The translations under genes were made by a program, and so were the position numbers. A stretch of DNA of 64,000 bases from Lachnospiraceae bacterium (GTDB lineage Bacteria > Bacillota > Clostridia > Lachnospirales > Lachnospiraceae): positions 26,103 to 90,102 of the forward strand of contig SVDL01000002.1 in NCBI GenBank assembly GCA_015057835.1. The letters are read 5' to 3'. The notes under the pieces are model-generated. The model saw only the letters and a program-made list of their open reading frames with translations. It was not told where the DNA came from and did not search any database. Positions 56,288 through 64,000 of the stretch are shown in pieces (positions within the stretch are counted from its first letter, which is position 1; each line of letters starts with the position of its first letter).

Positions 56288-58723
56288 GTGAGGAAACCCC
56301 GATCCATGAGCAGCGTGAAACTCCAATTTCAGAATAGAGCCGCGGTCTCTTTCCAGGAGATCGTTCTTGCCATGCTCGCCGCCGCGTTGTGCACGGCGGG
56401 TGCGGCAGCGGCGCTGGTTCCGGTCTTCCCGCATATTCCGGGAAGCTGGGGCATCTACGCTCTGATCGGCGCAGTACTCACGGCGGCATTCTGTTTCCTG
56501 CTCTATATGCCTGTCGGCAGAAGATTGACGCTCATCGTCAGCGGAGCCGTTCTGCTGATTTTTGCCGTTCGTTTTCGCGCTTTCCGCAATGGAATGCTTG
56601 TGCTCGGCAATGATTTTCAGGAATTCCTGACCGGCCGCACAGGGCGGATCCACCTCTATTTCAGAACACAGGGCAATGCAGGCTCGATATTGGTGCCGGC
56701 GCTCTATCTGATCCTGATTTCCATCATTAGCGCGACCTCGCAGCGCCGCGGAAAAAGATTCCCGATGATCCTCCTCGCGCTCTCCGCGGTTGCCATGATC
56801 TTCGGATTTCCCGTTTCGCCATGGAGTGTTCTGCTCCTCGCCGCAGCGGCTGTTATAGGTGTGCAGAATCCAAATAGCTTCACCATCCGATCCCCGCGGC
56901 GCGGATTCCTGTCCGCCCTCATCCCGGCGGCGTTCGCCCTCGCGGCAGTCGGCATCCTGTTTTTTATCGGTTATCTTGTCGCGGGAACAGAGGAATTCCG
57001 GACCGCCGGCGCGGTGGACGGGATCCATCGGAAGATCCACGAGTTCCGCTATGAACGGGGCGGCAGGATCGCCATGCCGGAAGGGGATCTTCGTAGCTAT
57101 GAGCCTCCGGAAAATGAAACCGACCCCCTGCTCACGATCAAAATGAGCCATCCGGAGAAGCTCTATCTCCGCGGCTTTACCGCAGAAGTATTTGAAAATG
57201 ACATCTGGCGCAGCTGTGACAGCGACGCATATATCGAAAATGCTCCCCTTTTCTACACGCTCCATGAAAATGCATTCTACGGCCAGAAAATGATCGCCTC
57301 CGCCGCGGAAGCCGCCGGATGGGAAGGGGCTTCATCGGACAGCGCCTCACCGGAAAAACCTTCACCGGAAAAAGATTCATCGGAAAAACCTTCATCGGAT
57401 CATGCTTTATCAGAAAAAGCAACTCCGGGCGAAGACGCAGACCAATCAGCTGTCATCACAATAAAAAATGAAAACATCTGCCGGAAATACCGGTTCCTGC
57501 CGTATGCCATGAAAGAGCAGGATCTGTTGGATCCGCTGGCGATCGGAGATGCAGGTGCGCTGACGGAACATTCCGCCGCGGATCCGGACACTACCGAGAT
57601 CCAGTATCTTCCCGGCAGCATCCCGGAGTGGTATGAAATCGGGCTCGCACTGGTGTCCGATGCCGAAGACACTGCCGGCGCCTCCGACGTCACCACCCCG
57701 TCAGACGGTCCCGCCGGAGCCGGGGCCGATTCCGCCGCAGCCGGAGGCGAATCCGCGGGCAGCATCTATGCTCCGGCATCCGCATTTCAGTATCTCCGCC
57801 TTGAACAGGCCTATTATGACAGTGTTCTTAAACAGGACCGCCAGCTGCCGCCCGACGCGGCTTCCGAATGCGCCGCGCTGTTCGGTGAGGAACCGAAGGA
57901 GAGAAAGCTCTCCGACATCCTGGCCCTCGTGCACGAAACGCTGGAAAATTCAAAATATGAAGATACCTACCACTACGCCTCCGCGGCGGCGCTCATGCTC
58001 CGCTATCTCGGCGTGCCCGCGCGGTACGTGGAGGGTTTCCTGCTGACTGCGGAGGAAGCCGCGGAGATCGGGCCGGAGGAAGAAGCCGCGCTGACCGCCG
58101 CAAATACCCACGCCTGGGCAGAATTTTATCTCCGCGGCATTGGCTGGATCCCCTTCGAGGCGACGCCCGGATACAGGGATAACGAAGAAATTTCCCGCAT
58201 TGCGATCCTGGTGGAGAAGTCCAGGAACGCGTCCGGAGAAGCCCCGATATTTGCGCAGACGGAGATCGTGTATACCTCCGGCATTTACGATACGGCGGCT
58301 CCTTATGGGACAGCGGGGAAAATGCATTTCCGCTGGAAATGGTGGTTCTGGCTTATTCCTGCGGGAGCGGCAGCGGAAGTGATGCTGGTATGGATCATTT
58401 TCGAGATCAATGAGCGCCGCAGGCAGTATAAAAAGGCGATGGCAACGATCCGCGCCGCCAGAGAGGAGGGCCGGTTCCCGGACGCGGTCGCCCTCGAATA
58501 CGCCTACGCCCGAAGGCTCATGAAGGAGGCGGACATTCAGGATCCGCCGGGGCTCGCGAGGATGCAGCGTCTCAACGAGGAGGCGGTCTTCAGCGATCAC
58601 GCACTTACGGAGGAAAATGCCCGCGAGGCGGAAGCATTTACCCAAAATATCATCACGGAATGTAAGCGGAAATGGTCTCTTAGGGAGCGGCTGTACCACC
58701 GCTGGGTCAACGGGATCATCTGA
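56288..58723 (+). CDS. Multi-TM transglutaminase-like protein lacking the catalytic Cys
   Basis: YLRGF, HYASAAALMLRYLGVPARYVEGF, HAWAE and WIPFEATPG motifs; Thr at the expected Cys position; C-terminal TM helix. Confidence 0.85.
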   Translation: MRKPRSMSSVKLQFQNRAAVSFQEIVLAMLAAALCTAGAAAALVPVFPHIPGSWGIYALIGAVLTAAFCFLLYMPVGRRLTLIVSGAVLLIFAVRFRAFRNGMLVLGNDFQEFLTGRTGRIHLYFRTQGNAGSILVPALYLILISIISATSQRRGKRFPMILLALSAVAMIFGFPVSPWSVLLLAAAAVIGVQNPNSFTIRSPRRGFLSALIPAAFALAAVGILFFIGYLVAGTEEFRTAGAVDGIHRKIHEFRYERGGRIAMPEGDLRSYEPPENETDPLLTIKMSHPEKLYLRGFTAEVFENDIWRSCDSDAYIENAPLFYTLHENAFYGQKMIASAAEAAGWEGASSDSASPEKPSPEKDSSEKPSSDHALSEKATPGEDADQSAVITIKNENICRKYRFLPYAMKEQDLLDPLAIGDAGALTEHSAADPDTTEIQYLPGSIPEWYEIGLALVSDAEDTAGASDVTTPSDGPAGAGADSAAAGGESAGSIYAPASAFQYLRLEQAYYDSVLKQDRQLPPDAASECAALFGEEPKERKLSDILALVHETLENSKYEDTYHYASAAALMLRYLGVPARYVEGFLLTAEEAAEIGPEEEAALTAANTHAWAEFYLRGIGWIPFEATPGYRDNEEISRIAILVEKSRNASGEAPIFAQTEIVYTSGIYDTAAPYGTAGKMHFRWKWWFWLIPAGAAAEVMLVWIIFEINERRRQYKKAMATIRAAREEGRFPDAVALEYAYARRLMKEADIQDPPGLARMQRLNEEAVFSDHALTEENAREAEAFTQNIITECKRKWSLRERLYHRWVNGII
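57332..57421 (+). repeat. Six in-frame copies of a 15-bp unit (SxEKx-like) inside the transglutaminase-like gene
   Basis: TCATCGGACAGCGCC TCACCGGAAAAACCT TCACCGGAAAAAGAT TCATCGGAAAAACCT TCATCGGATCATGCT TTATCAGAAAAAGCA. Confidence 0.8.
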
Positions 58724-58786
58724 AGATGGGCAGTCCACAGGGAATGAAGATCAGCGGGAAAGGCTGAATATCAGAAATAGAGGAAA

Positions 58787-61513
58787 ATGACAGAACAGGA
58801 TCGCGCAAACATCATAAAGCTGGCCGAAAATGCCAGAGCGGGAGACACCGAAGCCTTTGAACAGCTGTACCGGCGGACTGCGCCTTCTCTGCGCAGTGTC
58901 TGCGCGCGCTATTTCGGAAATGCATATGATATTGACGAGGCGCTGCAGGAGACCTATGTCCGCATTTACCGGAGTCTTGGGCAGCTCGGCACGGCGGAGG
59001 CATTTTTTACATGGAGCCGCACGATCGCGCAGAACACCTGCCTGAACATGATCCGGAGCAGAAATCTGGTCAGCGCGCATGAGACATTTGCCGGCGTGTT
59101 CCCGGGAGAGGATCCGGAGGAGGAAAATGACATCTCCGCCGCCGAATACCGCAAAGAATGGAATCCCGAGGCCGCGGCGGAAAATGAGATGAAGGCCCGG
59201 ATCCTGCAGGATATCCTGAATTCCGTCTCCGATGTGCAGCGGAGCTGTATCCTTCTCTGGGCGGAGGGGTACACGTATCAGAATATCGCGCAGCGCCTCG
59301 GTATGCCCGCCGGCAGCGTCAAAAGTACGGTTCATTATACGAAGAAAAAGATTACCGGCTATATTCTGAAGCTCGAAAAAGAGCAGGGCATCTCCCTGCA
59401 CAGCATGGCGCCGATTCCGTATTTCCTGTGGCTGCTTGAAAATGATCCGGAAAATGGCTCCGCGGCCGGCAGCGCAGCTGCAGCGGCCGGTCTGTCTGCA
59501 GGGGAATTTTCTGTCGCCGATCTGGCAGGTCTCACTGCGGCGATGGAAGAACTGTCTGGATTTGGAGCGGGCGCCGGAGCCGGCGTGATGGCCGGGGATG
59601 CGTTGACTGGCGCAGGCAGCATGCTTGCCGGTGGTGCTCTGACCGGTGCAGGCGGCATGATGGCCGGCGAAGCTCTGACCGGCGCCTTAGGATCTGCCCC
59701 TTCCCACGCCCGTCCCGCCTTCCTCGCGGCGGCTGTCCTGTTTCTTGCTCTGCTTCTGCCGGCGGGAAGTACCCTTGCCGCGTCCATGACGGAGCGCGTC
59801 GCGCCGCAGGAAGCCGCCGTGCTCGCGGAAGCAGTCCATGAATTTCAGCCGTCCAATCTCGTCTCCGGCGGCAGCGCCAGTGAGTCGGACCGGACGTCCG
59901 GTATCGGGGCGGAGAGCGGCAGCAGCGAGACCATTCAGTCGAATGGGGCTGCCGCGACCGCAGAAGTGGCAGCTTACGGGGGACAGAGCACATCGGATGA
60001 TCATACGGCAGCGAAGAAACGGCCGGCAGGAAGTCTACATTCTCGGGAAGGATCGCACCCGGAAGAAGGAAAAGGCAGTCTCTGGCACCGGATGGCGGGG
60101 GTATTTTCCCCGTTGGGACAGGAGGATGCTGACCGCACCGGAGAGAATTTACAGAATAAGAATGCCCCGGAAAACACAGAAGGGACAGGAAACGAAAACA
60201 GTGACAGCACAGTGGGTGACACTGCGGATGCCGCAGATGATAAAAACGGAGAAAATCCGTCGGATCCGGAGAAAACGCCCTCCGGCACTCCGGAAAAACG
60301 TCCCGCAGACGACAAATCCGGTGAAAATACGGCGCAGACATCTCCGGATCCTACACAGAACAGCAGAAGATCCGATGAGGATCTGACAGATCCCTCCGGC
60401 AGCGGCGATGGCCGTGATCAGGCAAATTCCGCCGGAAATACCGGAAATACTCCCTCCGGCAGTTCTTCCGGCCGCCCGCAGGGGGATTCCTCCGGAAGCA
60501 GCACGCCGGGCGGCAGCGGATCCGGAAATGATTCCTCCGGAGGATCATCCTCCCGTCAGGAGTCAGGCGATCCTTCCTCCGGGACGCCGGGTATGAATGA
60601 CAGCACGGAGAATCCGGTGATCACGGAAGCCCCGGCGCCGGGACCGACGGCGTCGCCGACAGCAGCGCCGTCTCCGACGGGAGAATCGACACCATCACCG
60701 ACTGCCGTGCCGACCCCAGCCCCGACCGCCGTGCCGACGTCCACGCCGGAACCCACACAGACGCCGGAGCCGACGCCGGAAGAGATTCCGATCCAGTCCT
60801 TCCGCTTCACGGTTCCGGACCTGGATTTTGTGCTGAATGCCTATGAACCCATACAGATCCCCTATGAGATCTATCCGCCGAACGCGACGGAAAAAGTAGT
60901 CTGGTCCAACGGGGAAAATGATTTCGTGGAAATCGACGAAAACGGCGTAGCCACCTTTTATCCCCCGGAGCCCGGCAGAGAGCAGTCGGCAACCATGTGC
61001 GTCGCCTCCACCAGCGCCGGCACATTCCAGCTTTGGAGCCTGCTCTCCTTTAACAGCACGTCGGTCCCCTACGGCCCGTGCGGCGATAATGCTTCCTGGC
61101 GGTTGGATGGCAATACACTGGTCATTTCCGGCAGCGGGGTTGTAGATTGGCAGGAACCGGATGCGCCGATCTCACAGGCCCGCTGGATCCGCTACGGCAG
61201 TCAGATCTATTCCATTCAGATCGAGGAGGGGATCACGGATATCGGCGGATTCTGGCATTTGCAGCATGTAAATGAAGTCGTCATTCCGGAAGGCGTCACA
61301 AGGATCGACAGAAACGCTTTCCTTATGTCGAAGGTCACTAAGTTCTATTTGCCGAAAAGCCTGGAAATACTGGAGGCTGCCGCGCTGAACAACGGCTACG
61401 CACTGCCGATCGATATTGTTTACGCAGGTTCGGAAGAGGACTGGAACAATGTCTATGACGGGGATCCGGATGGGTGGCGGTGGATGATTCAGTCGATCAC
61501 GTATCTCGAGTAG
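58787..61513 (+). CDS. ECF sigma factor fused to a TM helix, Ser/Gly/Thr/Pro linker, Ig-like domain and BspA-like LRRs
   Basis: Sigma2 (GDTEAFEQLY...DIDEALQETYVRIY...WSRTIAQNTCLN), sigma4 (YTYQNIAQRLGMPAGSVKS), TM near aa 311-328, PT-rich linker, YPPNATEKVVWS, CGDNASWRLDGNTLVISGSG and VVIPEGVTRIDRNAF. Confidence 0.85.
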   Translation: MTEQDRANIIKLAENARAGDTEAFEQLYRRTAPSLRSVCARYFGNAYDIDEALQETYVRIYRSLGQLGTAEAFFTWSRTIAQNTCLNMIRSRNLVSAHETFAGVFPGEDPEEENDISAAEYRKEWNPEAAAENEMKARILQDILNSVSDVQRSCILLWAEGYTYQNIAQRLGMPAGSVKSTVHYTKKKITGYILKLEKEQGISLHSMAPIPYFLWLLENDPENGSAAGSAAAAAGLSAGEFSVADLAGLTAAMEELSGFGAGAGAGVMAGDALTGAGSMLAGGALTGAGGMMAGEALTGALGSAPSHARPAFLAAAVLFLALLLPAGSTLAASMTERVAPQEAAVLAEAVHEFQPSNLVSGGSASESDRTSGIGAESGSSETIQSNGAAATAEVAAYGGQSTSDDHTAAKKRPAGSLHSREGSHPEEGKGSLWHRMAGVFSPLGQEDADRTGENLQNKNAPENTEGTGNENSDSTVGDTADAADDKNGENPSDPEKTPSGTPEKRPADDKSGENTAQTSPDPTQNSRRSDEDLTDPSGSGDGRDQANSAGNTGNTPSGSSSGRPQGDSSGSSTPGGSGSGNDSSGGSSSRQESGDPSSGTPGMNDSTENPVITEAPAPGPTASPTAAPSPTGESTPSPTAVPTPAPTAVPTSTPEPTQTPEPTPEEIPIQSFRFTVPDLDFVLNAYEPIQIPYEIYPPNATEKVVWSNGENDFVEIDENGVATFYPPEPGREQSATMCVASTSAGTFQLWSLLSFNSTSVPYGPCGDNASWRLDGNTLVISGSGVVDWQEPDAPISQARWIRYGSQIYSIQIEEGITDIGGFWHLQHVNEVVIPEGVTRIDRNAFLMSKVTKFYLPKSLEILEAAALNNGYALPIDIVYAGSEEDWNNVYDGDPDGWRWMIQSITYLE

Positions 61514-61537
61514 AAAAAGAATGAACGGCTGCGTGCG

Positions 61538-61616
61538 CTTTTTGCTGCATGAAATCTTGAAAAAGGATTCTCTCTCAGACGTTTTCTGCTGCATGAAAGC
61601 TTGTAAATGGATTCTC
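61538..61616. repeat. Imperfect 44-bp tandem duplication
   Basis: TGCTGCATGAAA(T/G)CTTG...GGATTCTC at 61543 and 61587. Confidence 0.75.
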
Positions 61617-61642
61617 GTTTTTGAAGAAACAGGAGGTTTGTC

Positions 61643-63028
61643 ATGGCTATAGTTGGTGCGTTTATGGTGCCGCATCCGCCGATGATCGTACCGGAAGTCG
61701 GCCGGGGCGGTGAAAAGCAGATCGAAAAGACAGTCCGTGCGTATGAGCGGGTGGCCTCGGAAGTCGCCGCGCTGCGCCCTGAGACAATCATCATCACAAG
61801 TCCGCATACGGTGATGTATACGGATTATTTCCATATTTCTCCGGGAAGATCGGCGACAGGCTCTTTTTCCCAGTTCCGGGCGAGGGATGTCCGCTTCACG
61901 GAATCTTATGACACGGAGCTGATCCGCGCCGTGAAAGAAATTGCGCAGGAAAATGCATTTCCGGCCGGAACACAGGGAGAGCGCGACGCGGCGCTGGACC
62001 ACGGCGTGATGGTGCCGCTCTATTTCATTGAGAAGCTTTACAAAGATTTCAAACTGGTGAGGATCGGTCTCTCCGGATATCCGCTCACCATGCATTATCA
62101 GCTCGGGCAGATTCTGCAGCAGGCAGTACAGGAGACCGGCCGGCGGGTGGTTTTGATCGCGAGCGGAGATCTGTCCCATAAACTGCAGTCCTACGGACCG
62201 TATGGATTTGCCCCGGAGGGTCCGCAGTATGATAAGCGGATCATGGACGTTATGGGGAGAGGTGCATTTGGCGAGCTGTTTGAATTTGACGAGACATTCT
62301 GTGACAGGGCGGCGGAATGCGGCCACCGGTCTTTCTGTATTATGGCCGGCGCATTTGACGGACAGGCGGTCCGTGCGGAAATGCTGTCCCATGAAGATGT
62401 TACCGGCGTCGGATACGGGATCTGCACGTTTTACCCGCAGGGGGAGGACGAGACAAGATATTTCCTGAAAGAGTACCTGAAAAAAGCAAAAGCCAGTCTG
62501 ACTAAGAAGCGCCTGGAAGAAGATGACTATGTCCGTTTTGCGCGGAAGTGCGTCGAGTCATATGTGCTCGGAGACAGGATCACCCGGGTCCCGGAAGGCC
62601 TTCCGGAAGAGATGCTGATCCGCGCCGCGGGCGTATTTGTCTCGATCCATGAACACGGCCGGCTCCGCGGATGCATCGGCACGATCCTCCCGGTGCGCCG
62701 CTGCATCGCGGAAGAGATCATGTCGAACGCCGTCAGCGCCTGCGCGAAAGACCCGAGATTTGATCCGGTCCGCCCGGACGAACTGCCGTTCCTTGACATC
62801 AACGTCGACGTCCTCACCTCGCCGGAACCGATCGAAAGCAAAGCGGAACTGGATGTGAAAAAGTATGGCGTCATCGTATCCTGCGGCGCCCGCCGCGGCC
62901 TTCTCCTGCCGGATCTAGACGGCGTGGACACCGTGGACGACCAGGTCGATATCGCGATGCGGAAGGGCGGCATTTCTCCGACGGAGAACTATTCTTTGGA
63001 TCGGTTTGAGGTGATCCGGCACCGGTGA
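61643..63028 (+). CDS. amrA: AmmeMemoRadiSam system protein A: LigB/Memo-like domain fused to AMMECR1
   Basis: VPHPPMIVPEVG, SPH, LDHG and ASGDLSH; C-terminal GVFVSI...LRGCIGT, DPRF and GLLLPDL motifs. Confidence 0.88.
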   Translation: MAIVGAFMVPHPPMIVPEVGRGGEKQIEKTVRAYERVASEVAALRPETIIITSPHTVMYTDYFHISPGRSATGSFSQFRARDVRFTESYDTELIRAVKEIAQENAFPAGTQGERDAALDHGVMVPLYFIEKLYKDFKLVRIGLSGYPLTMHYQLGQILQQAVQETGRRVVLIASGDLSHKLQSYGPYGFAPEGPQYDKRIMDVMGRGAFGELFEFDETFCDRAAECGHRSFCIMAGAFDGQAVRAEMLSHEDVTGVGYGICTFYPQGEDETRYFLKEYLKKAKASLTKKRLEEDDYVRFARKCVESYVLGDRITRVPEGLPEEMLIRAAGVFVSIHEHGRLRGCIGTILPVRRCIAEEIMSNAVSACAKDPRFDPVRPDELPFLDINVDVLTSPEPIESKAELDVKKYGVIVSCGARRGLLLPDLDGVDTVDDQVDIAMRKGGISPTENYSLDRFEVIRHR

Positions 63029-63032
63029 GAGT

Positions 63033-63435
63033 TGAAGAGATGACGGAAGTTCCTATGTAACGGCTTAAAAAAGCAATTGTGGTGGAAGTTTCGGCGGGAA
63101 AAATGAGTCAAGAAGATGCTGAGGCGGGTCAAATTCCCATACAACGGCAAAAAATGATTAGATGTGTGGGAGATTTGCTGCAATAAAAGCAAGATGAGAC
63201 CTTGCTGAGGCGGGTCAAATTCCCATACAACAGCACAAATGATTAGATGTGTGGGAGATTTGCTGCAATAAAAGCAAGATGAGACCTTGCTGAGGAGGGT
63301 CAAACTCCCATACAACGGCAAAAAGGATTAGATGTGTGGGAACTATGCCGCAACAAAAACAAAGAGATCTTGCCGAACCGAATTCAGTTCCCCCTGCATC
63401 AGCAAAAAAAGCATATGCGTGGGAATTTGGCCAGC
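63033..63435. repeat. Tandem array of ~85-bp units (3 near-identical plus 2 degenerate)
   Basis: TGCTGAGG(C/A)GGGTCAAA(T/C)TCCCATACAAC... at 63117, 63203 and 63288; degenerate units near 63033 and 63371. Confidence 0.9.
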
Positions 63436-63463
63436 ATCGAGCACCACAGGAAAGTGTGAATCT

Positions 63464-64000
63464 ATGAAATGCAGCGTCTGTTTCCATCACTGTGAACTAA
63501 AAGAAGGACAGCTCGGATTCTGCAGAGCAAGAATATGCAAAGGCGGTGTTATCAGGGCGGCAAATTACGGAAAAATCACCTCGCTTGCCCTCGACCCGAT
63601 CGAAAAAAAGCCTCTGAACAGATTCCATCCGGGAAGCCTGATCCTTTCCGCAGGCAGTTATGGCTGCAACCTGAGATGTCCCTTCTGCCAGAATGCGGAG
63701 ATCTCCTGGTCCGAGGAGGCGCAGCGCTTTGCGGAGACAGCGGAATACATCTCTCCGGAGAAACTGGCAGCAACGGCAGCCTATTATAGAAATAGAGGAA
63801 ATATCGGAATCGCTTTCACTTACAACGAGCCTCTGATTGGATATGAGTATGTCCGGGACGCCGCGAAGCTCTCCCATGAAAATGGCATGGTCAATGTCAT
63901 GGTCACCAACGGCACGGCGGAGCTGTCGGTTCTCCGGGAACTCGCCCCCTATATCGACGCCATGAACATCGATCTGAAGGGATTCACAGATCATTATTAC
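63464..64000 (+). CDS. amrS: AmmeMemoRadiSam radical SAM enzyme, 3' partial (absent from the ORF track)
   Basis: My translation from ATG 63464: MKCSVCFHHCELKEGQLGFCRAR...LALDPIEKKPL...GCNLRCPFCQN...IAFTYNEP; runs off the window. Confidence 0.92.
   Translation, partial: MKCSVCFHHCELKEGQLGFCRARICKGGVIRAANYGKITSLALDPIEKKPLNRFHPGSLILSAGSYGCNLRCPFCQNAEISWSEEAQRFAETAEYISPEKLAATAAYYRNRGNIGIAFTYNEPLIGYEYVRDAAKLSHENGMVNVMVTNGTAELSVLRELAPYIDAMNIDLKGFTDHYY

Noticed and set aside
63117-63372. Possible CRISPR array
   Set aside because: Units are similar along their whole length with no unique spacers, and there are no cas genes in the window.
62989-63490. Minus-strand ORFs with a repeated FDPPQQGLILLLLQQISHTSNH peptide
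   Set aside because: They are translations of the DNA repeat; an 85/86-bp period does not preserve frame, which argues against coding.

Overview
A gene-dense, GC-rich chromosomal window whose gene content (DUF3881-dapA, dnaE, nadE, malic enzyme, AmmeMemoRadiSam pair) resembles a Clostridia/Lachnospiraceae-type anaerobe; the taxon is inferred. I found no rRNA, tRNA, transposase, phage gene or true CRISPR array. Most of 1-43 kb is housekeeping, transport and metabolic genes. The most unusual elements are: (1) a MoxR AAA+ / DUF58 / Cys-less transglutaminase-like operon ending in a 908-aa ECF sigma factor fused through one TM helix to a surface Ser/Thr/Pro linker, an Ig-like domain and BspA-like LRRs, with a divergent stand-alone HTH gene (53.6-61.5 kb); (2) a sugar catabolic locus with an L-arabinose-isomerase-fold enzyme and an FGGY kinase but no downstream aldolase or epimerase (43.8-53.5 kb); (3) a gluconate-5-dehydrogenase-like SDR paired with a transaldolase-fold protein with a remodelled active site (28-30 kb); (4) an ABC-exporter permease fused to a CPBP protease; (5) five REP-like hairpins sharing a GGGACGGTTC core with different, self-complementary stems; (6) many intergenic tandem duplications, several including stop codons, and a ~5 x 85 bp hairpin array between amrA and amrS. 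All family assignments come from motif recognition by eye; no database search was run.
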